This document shows, piece by piece, positions 1 to 12,602 of a stretch of DNA of 64,000 bases. The DNA is from the human T2T-CHM13v2.0 reference genome, Homo sapiens: the NCBI RefSeq assembly GCF_009914755.1, contig NC_060942.1. The stretch is one strand, 5' to 3'. Numbering within the stretch: the stretch's first letter is position 1; every line of letters starts with the position of its first letter. Both the position numbers and the translations under genes were made by a program. The notes beneath the pieces were generated by a model, which did not search any database, was not told the origin of the DNA, and saw only the letters and a list, made by a program, of their open reading frames with translations.

Positions 1-900
1 ATGTTATATAGTGTATTCTTACAATAAATTAAGCTACAGAAAATAAAATGTTATCAAGAAAATCAAAAGGAAGAAAAAATACATTTACCGTACTGCATTT
101 ATTGATACTGTACATTTATATCCTCTGTTTACAAGAAGATTCGTCTGTCTGAAATGGCAAGCAATTACAGCTACACATCTCAATCTATGGTACATATTAA
201 GCAATTCTACTTTTTTTGTAATGTCATGACTTTTCTCTGCTTCTTGGGAGCACTTTCAGCACCAATAGTGTTTTGTATGGGTCCCAAGATGTTATTCAAG
301 GTTTATGGTATTGCACTAAACACGGTGAAAAATACACAAGAAGCTCGAGAGAGCACTTTTTACTGTGATGTGCAATTTACTGGAGAGACAAGTGCTCACA
401 CGGAGGTGATCAGCATGAAAGGCGTTTTAAGTAGATACTCACACTTGAGCTCACCACAATAGCAGCAGGAGATGGCTACAAAATTATTTTAGTAGTACTG
501 TGTTTACTGCAGTTAATTTCATGCAGTTATAATTAATGCTGCGTCTTTACATTTATTTACCTTTCTCTTGACTGTTAACGTACAGTCAAGGCTGTACATA
601 ACTTGGCTGTTATGTACAGCCTGTGTGTGCATACATTTTGATAAATTTTAACTATTTACAATAGATTTGTTTATAGTTTTTGGCAATAAATTCAATAATA
701 GACTTTATCTACATATATTTTATGCATTCATGACATATCTAAATTTTTCATAATTTTCTCAATATTTCTTGGCCACATAGTTTATCTGTAAGTTTTTCAA
801 ATTATTCTAAATTCCCAAAAAATATTCCAATTCGTTTATTGAAAAAAATCGTATGATTGTGTCCACACAGTTCCAACCTGTGTTATTAAAGGCTACACTG
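1..900. mobile_element. Tigger2-family (Tc1/mariner-pogo) DNA transposon, terminal part, truncated by window start
   Basis: Start resembles Tigger2/MER28 (TACAATAAATTAAGCTACAGAAAATAAAATGTTATCAAGAAAATC). Ends in a TIR-like CAGTTCCAACCTGTGTTATTAAAGGCTACACTG followed by TA (901-902). Confidence 0.7.
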
Positions 901-1407
901 TATACTTTTGGGGAGAAAAAATAAGTCACCGAAAAATACATTGGAATAACTTGGTTCTTTTGCCTTTGTTTTTCAATCATTTAATCTCCTATCTTTGTAT
1001 GCAGGAGAACATAAGACAAAACAGGAAAACAGAAACTAGCGAATGTTAAAATTTGAAAATACTATGAAGCAGAACTATGTAGCAGATCTTTATCAAGCAC
1101 CTATGATATATGAGGTACTATACTAAATGCTGGTGAATCAGTTAAAGCCAGTCAGAAACCAAGCTCTATGTAACAATATCTAGAAAAAAATAATAGACTA
1201 TGTTTACTGGCTCAAGACCAAGAAGAGAGAATGACACATGACATGTTACAGGTTTCTCTTTGACTGGAATCCAAGTGCCACAATTTTGTAGAACATATTC
1301 TTTAGCCATAAACAGTTGCCATTGTTTAGACAACATTGGTTTAAACAAACATATACAGTTGTCTTTCTCCTCAAAAGTCTGACAGTTTATTCTGTTTTTT
1401 AAAAAAA

Positions 1408-1868
1408 TTTTTTTATTTCCATAGGTTATTGGAGAACAGGTGGTGTTTGGTTACATTAGTAAATTCTTTAGTGGTGACTTGTGAGCTTTTGGTGCAGCCA
1501 TCGCCCGAGCAGTACACACTGCACTCAATTCGCAGTCTTTTGTCCCTCGCCCCCTTCCCACCCTTTTCTCCTGAGTCCCCATAGTCCATTGTGTCATTCT
1601 TTTGCCTTTACTTCCTCACAGCTTAGCTTCCACTTATGAGTGAGAACATACGGTGTTTGGTTTTCCATTCCTGAGTTACTTCACTTAGAATAATAGCCTC
1701 CAATCTCATCCAGGTTGCTGCAAATGCCATTAATTCATTCCTTTCTATGGCTGAGTAGTATTCCATTGTATACACATACCACAGTTTATTTATCCACTGG
1801 TTGATTGATGGGCATTTGTGTCGGGTCCACATTTTTGCAATTGTGAATTGTGCTGCTATAAACATGTA
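1408..1868 (-). mobile_element. L1PB-type LINE-1 3' end (ORF2 C-terminus + 3'UTR)
   Basis: Minus-strand ORF 1623-1916 encodes MFIAAQFTIAK...MEYYSAI...MFSLISGS (L1 ORF2 C-terminus). T-rich tail at ~1408. Confidence 0.9.
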
Positions 1869-2148
1869 TAAAATGTTAATTATGAATATCCAAAAACAGT
1901 GTACCTGATTTCTCAAACTCAGTTTTCTTTGAAATTCTTTCAGAAGAATGGTGTCCTATGAAACAAATTTTGGTTGAGCCTTATCTGTAACATTTCTTTT
2001 ACCAAACTTGTTTGAATCTTATTACTCAGCCCTAGGTCTTTCTTCTCACACCAGTTTTACTGGATTCCTAAAATTAGTTATCACCTATCCAGAAATTAGT
2101 ATGTTTTCTTACTTATGTTCACAATGTCATTTTGAAAAGAGCAAACTG

Positions 2149-2368
2149 GGACGGGTACAGTGGCTCACACCTGTAATCCCAGCACTTTGGGAGGCCGAGG
2201 CAGGCGGATTAGCCAGGCGAGGTGGCGGACGCCTGTAGTCCCAGCTACTCGGGAGGCTGAGGCAGGATAATGGCATGAACCCGGGGGGCAGAGTCTGCAG
2301 TGAGCCGAGATCGCGCCACTGCTGCTTTCCAGCCTGGGCGACAGCAAGACTCTGTCCCAAAAAAAAAA

Positions 2369-2400
<32 letters not shown>

Positions 2401-2406
2401 TGAAAG
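2149..2406 (+). mobile_element. AluY-like SINE with ~70-bp internal deletion
   Basis: Left-arm start joined directly to right arm (GGCGGAT|TAGCCAGG). Poly(A) tail. TSD GAAAAGAGCAAACTG (2134-2148) / GAAACGAGCAAACTG (2407-2421). Confidence 0.95.
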
Positions 2407-2809
2407 GAAACGAGCAAACTGGTAAAACATATAGATGGCATTTTCAAAACAGATTAAAATTCTTTAATATACATTTTTTCACTTAATGATAAGAACAATT
2501 CAAAATATATACTGGTTAACTTCTTTATTTCTATTATAACTTTGTTGAATAAAATATTTACTCTGGCATTGCCTATTTCGATATGGTATGTTACTTTGTA
2601 AATTGAAAAATAAACGAAGAACTTTATTAATGTAATTTAGGGTAGCTGAGTAGTTTTCAAAGAGGATTCAATATTTACATATAAATATTTTACAATTTCA
2701 AAGCAAATTTTAATACTATTTTTTTAAACAACTTATGCTTTTACAAACTCTGTGCTAATATGCAATGGAATGATTGAGGCATAATTGCTTCTCTTTCCTA
2801 TAGCCGTCT

Positions 2810-3184
2810 TGTATTAGTTCATTTTCACATTGCTGATAAACATACCTGAGACTGGGTAATTTATAAAGGAATTATTTTTAATGGAGTCACAGTTTCATTT
2901 GGCTGGGGAGGCCTCACTATCATGGCAGGCAATGAAGGAAGAGCAAAGGCACATTTTACATGGCAGCTGGCAAAGAAAGAATGAGAACCAAGTGAAGGAA
3001 GTTTTCACTTATAAAATGATCAGATCTCATAAGACATATTCACTACCATGAGAGGATTATGGGGGAAACATCCCATGCCCCATGATTCAGTTATCTCATA
3101 CTGGGTCCCTCCCACAACAGATGGGCATTATGGGAGCTAAAATTCAAGATGAGATTTGGGTGGGGACACAGCCAAATCATATCA
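2810..3184 (-). mobile_element. THE1-type MaLR solo LTR
   Basis: Termini TGTATTAGT...GGGGACACAGCCAAATCATATCA are the reverse complement of a THE1 LTR. 5-bp TSD CGTCT/CCTCT. Confidence 0.9.
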
Positions 3185-3439
3185 CCTCTACTTTTAATAA
3201 ATGAACTAAGTGCTGTTTACTACACTTGGATATTCATTATTGTTACTTTCATATGTTATTCCTCCATAGTTTTATTTTATATACTGTTATGGCGTTATTT
3301 TATTATGGTTTTTGCTATCTCACTATCCCTTCCCTATGGGTTGCTGCAACTGACTGAAGATTTAGAAAATAGAAATACAGAATTAATTATTTTTTACTCT
3401 GCCAATAAAGCCATCATGAAAAAAAATAATAAGGGAGGG

Positions 3440-5131
3440 TGCTCCAGCCCATTTACTGAGTGACCGGAAAGGCTGCCAGTTTTGAGTAGGGTCCAGAACA
3501 GGAGAAAGCTCTGCAATAGGTCCAGACTGCTGTGCGAGCTGCTCTGCCACTTGGGCCATATGACCTAGCAGATCCAATGGTGCTTGAGGTGTCAGCAGCA
3601 GATAGGGATACTGTTTGGAGCCTTTGGCAGCTGCCCATAGGTGAATCACAGCTGAGGCCTCTAGGATTTTGGAGCAAGACGCTGTCATCTTCTGCAGATA
3701 ACTACTCTACTTTTGAGAGACAACTCTTGGTTTGTTACTGGGCTTTTGTAGAAACTGAACGTTTGACTATGGGTCATCAAGTCACCATGCAACCTGAACT
3801 GCCTATCATGAACTGGTGCTTTCTGACCCATCTAGCCATAAAGTTGAGCATGCACAGCAGCATTTCATGGTCAAATGGAAGTGGTATATACATGATCAGG
3901 CTCAAGCAGGTCCTGAAGGTATAAGTAAGTTACATGAGGAAGTGGCTCAAATGCCCATGGTCTCCACTCCTGCCACCCTGCCTTCTCTACCCCAGCCTGC
4001 ACTGAGGGCTTCATGGGGAGTTCCCTATGATTAGTTGACAGAGGAAGGGAAGACAAGGGTCTGGTTCACAGATGGTTCCACACGATATGCAGGCACCACT
4101 CGAAAATGGACAACTGCAGCACTACAGCCCCTTTCTAGGACATCCCCGAAGGAGAAGAGTGAAGGGAAATCTTCCCAGTGGGCAGAACATTGAGCAATGC
4201 ACCTGGTCATGCACTTTGCATTGAAGGAGAAATGGTCAGCTGTGCGATTACATACTGATTCATTGGCTGTAGCCAATGGTATGGCTGGATGGTCAGGGTC
4301 TTGGAAGGAGCATGATTGGAAAATTGGTGACAAAGAAATTTGGAGAAGAGGTATGTGGAGAGACCTCCCTGAGTGGTCAAAAACTGAAGATATTTGTATT
4401 TCATGTGAATGCTCACCAAAGGGCGACTTCAGCAGAAGAGGAATTTAACAATCAAGTAGATAGGATTACTCTTTCTGTGGACGCCACTCAGCTTTGTTTC
4501 CCAGTCACTCTTGTCATCACCCGATGGGCCCATGAACAAAGTAGCCATGGTGTCAGGATGAAGATTACACATGGGCTTAGCAGCATGGACTTCCACTCAC
4601 CAAGGATGACCTGGCTACCGCCACCACTGAATGCTCAAGTTGCCAGTAGCAGAGATCAACAATGAGCCCTCATTTGACACCATTCCTCAGGGTGACCAGC
4701 CAGCTACTTGGTGGCAGGTTGATTATATTGGGCCTCTTACATCATGGAAAGGGCAATGGTTTGTCCTCACTGGAGTAGACACTTCCTCCGGATATGGGTT
4801 TGTCTATCCTGCACTCAATGCTTCTTCCAGGACTAATGTCTTATCACATAAGGGATGCCTTACCACTCACAGAATGCCTTATCCACCGCCACGGTATTCC
4901 AGAGAGCATTGCCTTTTCAGGGCTGGGGCACAGTTCTCCAGGAGGCTGTGTATGCTCTGAATTAGCATTCAATATGTGAAAGGAAATTATCTTGGGCCCC
5001 CAATACCACTAAGGAAAACTCAAGCTGAAACTGCTTAGGCCAACATTGCCTCCCGTTCTACTCAGTTACCCCTCTGCTCACTGAGATAGATGCATATCTG
5101 ATTTGCCTCCTTTGGAAAGGCTAATCAGAAA

Positions 5132-5166
<35 letters not shown>

Positions 5167-6397
5167 CCATTTATGTATCACCTAAACATGACCTGGAAGC
5201 TCCCTCCCTGAGCCTTCCTGCCTTTGCTTCAAGTTGTCCCGCCTTTCCAGACAGAACCAATGTACTTCTTACTTACATTGATTGATGTCTCATGTCTCCC
5301 AAAAATGTATAAAACTAAGCTGTGCCACACCCACCTCGGGCACATGTCCTCAGGACTTCCTGAGACTGTGTCATGGGTGCGTCCTCAACCTTGGCCAAAT
5401 AAAATTTCTAAATTAACTTAGACTTGTCTCAAATTTTCAGGTACTGTTTCTCCCATAGCCAGGACTCCTGGGTCCAGGAATCAAGGGGTGGAAGTGGAAG
5501 TGGCATCCCTCACCATCACCCCAGTGACCCACTAGCAAAATTTTTGCTTCCTCTTCCTTCAGCATTACCTTCTGCTGGCCTAGAGGCCTTAGTTCCAGAG
5601 GGAAGAATGCTGCTGCCAAGAGACACAACAAAGATTCCATTAAACTGGAGGTTAAGATTGCCACCTGGCAACTTTGGGCTCCTCCTACTCTAAGTCAACA
5701 GGCTAAGAAGGGCATTACAGTGCTGGCTGGGGCGATTGACCTGGACTATCAAGATGAAGTCAGTTTACTACTCCACAACAGAGGTAAGGGAGAGTATGTA
5801 TGGAATACGGGAGATCTCTTAGGGCATCTCTTATTATTCCCATGTCCTGTCGTTAAAGTCAATGGGAAACTACAACAACCCAGTCCAGGAAGGACTAAAA
5901 ATGGTCCAGACCTTTCAGGAATGAAGGTTTGGGTTACTCCACCAGGAAAAGAGAGAAAAAAAAAAAAAACAACAAGACCTGCTGAGGTGCTTGCTGAAGC
6001 CAAAGGCAATACAGAGTGGGTAGTAGAGAAGGTAGTCATCAATACCAGCTACAACCATGTGCCCAGTTGCAGAAACGGGACTGTAATTGTCATGAATATT
6101 TCCTCCTTCTTTTTTTAAAAACATGTTTGTGCATATATACACTTGTACTAAGAAAATATCTTCATTTTATTTCCATTTTCCTTTATCATATGACATAGAT
6201 TTATTGACTTCATATCAGCATTTAAGTATTGTTAACTTTATGTAATAGCATTTGGGTTGGGGATTGGTGCTTTTCTGGTTGTACAAATGATAGTTGTATT
6301 ATATTGGGTATAATTATTACCTTACTTTTGTCTTTATTTGAAGATTATGTATGATCTCAGGAGATGTGTATGGGTTCAAGTTGACAAGGGGTGGACC
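3440..6397 (+). mobile_element. HERV-L internal region, 5'-truncated: degenerate pol (RT connection, RNase H, integrase) and dUTPase
   Basis: Frame-shifted ORF fragments contain RNase H (HTDSLAVANG), integrase (WAHEQSSHG; WWQVDYIGPL) and dUTPase-like (KIPLNWRLRLPPGNFGLL; GAIDLDYQDEVSLLLHN) motifs. Polypurine tract AAGGGGTGGAC precedes the LTR. Confidence 0.9.
4975..5440 (+). mobile_element. MER4-family ERV1 solo LTR nested in HERV-L integrase; 3' terminus eroded
   Basis: Starts TGTGAAAGGAAATTATCTTGGGCCCCC. Has TATAAAA (5328) and AATAAA (5398). HERV-L sequence resumes at GGTACTGTTTCTCCCATAGCC. Confidence 0.8.
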
Positions 6398-6941
6398 TGT
6401 GATTGTTAATATTGAATGTCAACTCGATTTGGTTGAAGAATGCAAATTGTCATTGTTAGGTGTGTCTGTGAGGGTGTTGCCAAAGAATAGTAACAGTTGA
6501 GTCAGTGGACTGGGAGAGGCAGACCCACCTTTAATGTGGGTGAGCACCATCTAATCACCTGCCAGCGCAGCTAGGATTAAGCAGGCAGAAGTTGGAAGTA
6601 CCAGACTTGCTGAGTCTTCTGGCCTGCACCTTCCTCCTGTGCTGGATGCGTCCTGCCCTGGAACATCAGACTCCAAGTTCTTTAGCTTTTAGACTCTTGG
6701 ACTTAAACCAGTAATTTTCCAGGTGCTCTCGGGCCTTCAGCCACAGACTGAAGCCTGCACTGTTTGCTTCTCTGCTTTTGAGATTTTGAGATTCAGATTG
6801 GCTTCCTTGCTCCTCACCTTGCAGACAGCCTATCGTGGGACTTCACCTTGTGATCGTGTAAGTGAATAGTCCTTAATAAACTCCCTTTCGTATGCATCTA
6901 TCCTATTAGTTCTGTTTCTCGAGAGAACCCTGACTAATACA
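6398..6941 (+). mobile_element. MLT2A (probably MLT2A2) 3' LTR of HERV-L
   Basis: TGTGATTGTTAATATTGAATGTCAAC...GAGAACCCTGACTAATACA, ~544 bp, directly after the HERV-L PPT. Confidence 0.9.
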
Positions 6942-7299
6942 GTGAGCAACAATGTGTCACTAAATATCTTAGTTTTAGTTTCCCAGAAATAAAACCTGGG
7001 ACAAAGGTCTATGTCTGATTATCTTATTAAAGAGTTAAATTTAAGGTAAACCAGAGAGAATAAAAAGAATAAGGCAAGCGAAAGGGGAGAACCAATGATA
7101 TCATTAAATTCTTTATTCTACCCTCTCAATAAGGCGAAATGACTGCAGCAGGTATAGCATGTTCTCTCTAGTTATTACTCTTATATGTAACCTCATATTC
7201 ATTTTTCTGTCAAAATTTTCTCATCCTATTAATTTATAGTCTGCAATGTTCCCCCAAATTAATTTAAAAGACAAATACAAAAAGAACAAAATGTTTGAT

Positions 7300-9480
7300 T
7301 TCTGACAGGATCCATTAACATATAGCAGATTTACCCTTCTACTGAAACTACTAAAATAATCATAATAACAAAAGTATATATATAAAAAAATGTGGTCCAG
7401 ACTTTGGATGTCAAGCATTATAGGAGAGCAATTCCTGAGAAATAGTTTCCAAAATGGTGACTTCTACCATTGCCCTACTAACTGCCCTGAGCAAGTTTCC
7501 AGGCCATTGCCTAGGGAAGAACTCTGGTCTCTCTTAGCTGAGGAGACGAAGCTGTTGGTCTAGGGAAGCCATGATGGCTACAGTTTACAGAAAAGAGTAC
7601 CAAATAGGAGAGAACTGTGCACAAAGAGAGGAGGATGGTGAAGGAGGAGAGAACACATGTGCTAGCTTTTGAGTCTTCAGCTGAAAAAAAATCAATGCCT
7701 GTGCATGTGAAGGGTCAGAAAATAACTACTGAAAAGGATGAGCAGTAACAATCCCTAAAGTTTGCAAGGGGCCAGGGATAGCTTGTATCATTATAACAAG
7801 ACTAGAAAATGTAATACACAGGATTATGAGTACCAAGAATACTAAGAAAGATATTATGGATTACCAGACATTTTAAGAAGCAGGAGAATACAATCCACAG
7901 TAAGGACACAAATAGTAAATAGAGACACAACTTAAATGACACGGATGATAGAATTAGTAAACCAGGATGTAGAAACTATTATAAATTCATCACTTATGTT
8001 TAAAAAGACAGATAAAATATATGAAGACAAAATATAACTTCTAGAGACAAACACTACAAAGGCTGAGACAAAAAATGCACCATACGAGATTATCAGCAAA
8101 TCCAACACTGCGGAAGAAAGTAGTGACCTTGAAGAGAGAGTAATATAAATAAATATTTTAAAAAGATGAAAAAATCCAACAAGAAAAAATGACAGAAAGA
8201 TTACCATAACAATCACAACAGAAGAGTAACAGAGCATGATTACAGTATGAGACAATTTTAAGTGGCCAAATATATGTGAAATTAGAGCCCACACAAGAGA
8301 AGAAAGAAGGGAATACAGTAAAGAAAATACCGAAAAAAAAATAGATGAATGTTTTTCAAATTTAATGGATAATATGAACTCTCAGAACAAAACAGCTCAA
8401 TGAAACATACCCACAATATGAGTAAAACTACTCCAAAACACATATAATCAAATTGCATGAAAACTATGATAGAGCAAGATTAAAGTGTCCAGAGAGAAAA
8501 CATTATGTACAAAAATCAGAATGAGAGCATTTTCTATTTGAAACAATTCAACCTGAAAGACAGTAGATTATCATCTTTAAGGCATTGCCAAACAGCGGTA
8601 ATTTAAGTTACAGCAACAACAAAACCCTCAAATTAGAAATATCTGTATTTCAAAAACAAAATCAAAATGAAGTTTTTCTTGTGTATGCCAAAGCTAAATC
8701 AATTCATTTCCAGAGACTTGTGTTATAATTACAATGAAAGACCCCTTCCAAGAAGAAGAAAAACAATACTTAATGCAAATCTTGCTTTTCACAAAGGATG
8801 AAAAGCATCTTAGATTGTAAATATATGAGTAAATGTATTTTTCTCCTTTATCTCTTTAAATACATTAACCTGTTCTACTCAACATCAATTGTAATAGTAA
8901 TCACATCAACTGTAGGCACAATTTATACTAGATACTAGATAGAATAAACACATCATATATTGTCAATTATATACAGAATATATACTGCCAAAACAAAAAC
9001 AAAAGCAAACAAACAAAAATTCTACTTTCAATGTGAATACATAGTTAAAAGTAAATGGGTAAGAAAAATACCATGCTATTACCAGGCAAAAGAACTCTGT
9101 AGTGATCATATTAATAACAAAATAAATAGATTTTATTTCTTACCAAAGATAAAGAGGGCATTTTCAGAATTATTAAGAATTAATTCATCAATAGATATAA
9201 TAATTCCAAATATTTACACACCTAATAACAAAGCTTTTGAACACATAAAATAAAGACTTACAGAAATATATGGAAAAATTGACTTGTTCATAAGTATAGT
9301 CACAGATTTTTAACACCCTTCTCCACATAATTGATAGAAGAAGGTTGACAATCAATCTGTAAGGGCATAGCAGGTTTGAACAACACGTTCAACTTAAAAT
9401 GTTTAACATTCTGAGAACACTTTCCCCAGAAAAGCGGGATACACATTCTTTTCTGAGTGAGCAGATCACCATTTTGCCAA
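7300..9480 (+). mobile_element. Old L1M fragment (5'UTR/ORF1/ORF2 endonuclease region), degenerate
   Basis: A-rich strand bias. Residual endonuclease-like peptide IIIPNIYTPNNKAFEHIK (ORF 8960-9253). Confidence 0.65.
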
Positions 9481-12109
9481 ATTTCCAAAAGTCATCAATC
9501 AAGTGCTTGGCAAAGACTGAATTTAATCAATATTTTACAAATGAATATATAATGAATGACTATATCTATGATATCCCCACAGTATCAGATGACCTTTAAT
9601 ATAAAACAATATAATAATGATACTAATAATTGGATATATTGGCATATATTTACCATTATTCAGATTACGAGCACAGCAACACACACATGATTAATTTTAT
9701 TTAGGTAACATTTGAGTTTAGGTATGTGTCCTAATATTTAACAAGATAGGACTGCATTTAAGAAAACATCCTTGATATTTACATATAATCATTGTATAGC
9801 AGGGATAATTGCAGTCTTCAACTCCAGAATGAAATCTCTCATAAATGACAATTAACTAATGTTCCAATTTAGGCTACTCAGTGAAGTTTGATTAATTTTC
9901 CTAAAACGGATGCCATTTCCCTGAATGCAAAGAAGGTAAGTGGGTTGCCCATGCAAGTAAACAGGAAGGCTGAGATTTTTATCTCAAAAGTTTGAAGCCA
10001 CTTTATACACTTTCAACCACTATGCAATCTGGACTGTTCCTGGTTATTTTACTACATGTGAAAGAAAGTGTTACATGTGCTATGATAGCATTGTCCAGGG
10101 GATAGTGGGGAAATAAAGGACAGAGGCTAAGATACTTCCCAGTTGAATGTGTCTTCCTCTGTGTAGTTTACTTGGTTGACCTGGCAGAATAGACCTGTAC
10201 TTCCCCTAGGGTTCAAATGCAAATACATCATGTATCACATCCTATTATGTTTAGCTACATATGACTGAATCCCTGGTAAGATTATGGATTCTATGAAGAC
10301 TGTGTTCGGTTGACTGTATTGCTTTATCCCTTCGATTTTTCACAGTGCCTGATCCAGAATATACAAAATATACTGAATGATTAAACCACAGGAAGAGCAA
10401 CAAGCAATGCAGACATCTTCAAATGCAGCTCATCGTTTGGTCATATCCAATTGTAACTGCTCAGATTTATCATACGGATAGTTTAGCCTTTCTAGAATTT
10501 CCCTATTAATGTATTTTCTTCTTATTACATCTAAGTGAAAAATTACAGCCACTCACTGTTATAATTCTGTCTAGCTTCTGAAATCATTATAGTTTTGAGT
10601 TAAATCTCTTCTCCCTTTCTGACTGCATAATGAAGCATTGGGTCATCAGATTACGGTAATGCAAAATAAAAGATTTGTATGATTTAAGAAGTGGTATCAT
10701 ATATTTACTTATAGCATTAGGTATATTTGGTCATTTAAAAATGCATTAGCTAATCAGAATCTATTGCCTTGCTAAAAATCTATGTTTCAACTTCATTTTC
10801 TTTGCTATAAATTGTTTAAGTTTTCCATTGGGCATGATTATTGTTGATCTCAATCTGCACAACTCTAAAATACTGAGAATACAGTAGTTTCAGATAGCCT
10901 ATATATTTGCTGCAAATTAAGTTTAAAGTGTTACTAACGTAGTGATTCTTTGTAGCTAAGGCTACATTTAAATGCTCATCTTAAGCCAAAGTTATTCTGC
11001 AGTTCAATTTAATATTTTAAATTACTCCTTTTGAGTTTGACCATGTGACATTTATTAGGACAGTTGCTCATTTGTGTTCTGCGGAAAAATAATATTTTAA
11101 ATACTTCTTGTACATTGTCCTGCTTCCAAAGTACAATAGATTCTCTTAAGATGTGGTTATCATTTGGAGCTGGGCTATGTAATCTTTTTCTCCTTTTTCA
11201 TCACACCTCACCTCAATTTATAAAATCAGAATAAAACATGTTGTTTATTATCATTCAGTGTAATTCTTATAACTTCCATCTTCTATATATGCATAGTGTT
11301 AAAACAAACCAACATGAGATTTGAGAAAAGGCATAACTAGCCTTCATTTTATTCATTGCATGTCCACAGTTCAGTACGTGGTTGTGATTAAGTTACTTGT
11401 CTCTTTGTGGACACAATGGACACTTAGGAGTCATGCACTGTTCTGACACAGCAAAGGCACTGCCTATCCTAACCAGTCAGGAAACAGCACAGGAAGTGGA
11501 AACCAATCTAGTTATTTTAATTAGTGAAATATTTAATACAGGAATTCAAGACCTTACAAAATCAGTGTAATGGCCTGACGGTTGACTTGCCCTCTAGGTC
11601 AATCACTGCAGCAATACTAGCCCATTTTGGAAACTTTTCGCTGCTACAGTAGAAAGCTGGAGAATGGGCACAAGAAACAGCAATCCAGGGATTACGAACT
11701 CATGTCAGAACTCATACCCACCAATTTGTTTGAACACCTGAGGCTGGAAAACATCCTATAGAATTCGCTTCATGAAATCATAATGATGTAAGGACAACAG
11801 CAACGAGGGTTGCAGATAACTGCATCGCTCCTGCCAGCTGAAACACATGCAAAAGCATCTCGAAGCCAAAACTGTTATTCCTCTAGAACCCTATCTGAAA
11901 GAGAATCTGCCATGTGTTCAGTATAGCTTCAATACTGTGGAAGACAGAAAAAAAAATGTTTTGGAACATCAAGAAGTCAATCACAATATTTTTTGCTCTT
12001 TCACAGAAAAAATTCAGCGAGCGTTTACAGTTCACCTTAATTTATTTCAATTGATTCTTTTGAATCAAACTGAATCAGGCTTTTTTCTTAGCACTCCTTT
12101 TAAATTGGT

Positions 12110-12535
12110 ATCATGATCTTTAATAACGAGTAGGAATACAGTTCTTAGTCTTCATCTGACCGGACTCAGCAGGACTGAACAACGTTGCTTTCCCTTCTTA
12201 TGGATAAAAGCAGAAAACCAACTTCTTTTTTATTATTAACTTGACTTCAGTAAAACTGTACTCTCAAGGTTTTCCTTTTATTTTATAGTTATTCTTTCCC
12301 AGTCTTTTTCTTAAATTACTCCTCCAGTATTTGCCTCCTAGATGCTGAAATTCTTCAAGGTACAGGGTACTTTGACTTCTCTTTTGTAAATCCACATATT
12401 CCCCAGGTGAATATCTTGTCTCATGATTTTGAATACGATCCTTTCCAAATTTAAACCTCCACACTATTCTTCTATACAGCATCCTCATTTGGATGTTTAA
12501 TAATCATCACAGGCTTAACATTTCCCCAGTCAACT
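12110..12535 (+). mobile_element. L2 LINE fragment
   Basis: Degenerate L2-like, pyrimidine-rich sequence (TTCTTAGTCTTCATCTGAC...; ATCCTCATTTGGATGTTTAATAATCATC). Confidence 0.55.
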
Positions 12536-12602
12536 CTTTAAAAAAAAAAAAATCTTAGATTCAGGAAGTACATATGCGTTTTTGTCTCAAGGGTATTATA
12601 TG

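Noticed and set aside
154-462. 102-aa ATG ORF
   Set aside because: It lies within a Tigger2-family remnant, with no recognisable transposase motif or splice context.
3532-6118. Cluster of 60-130 aa ORFs as a functional gene set
   Set aside because: They are frameshifted, stop-ridden fragments of HERV-L pol/dUTPase with a deletion and an LTR insertion.
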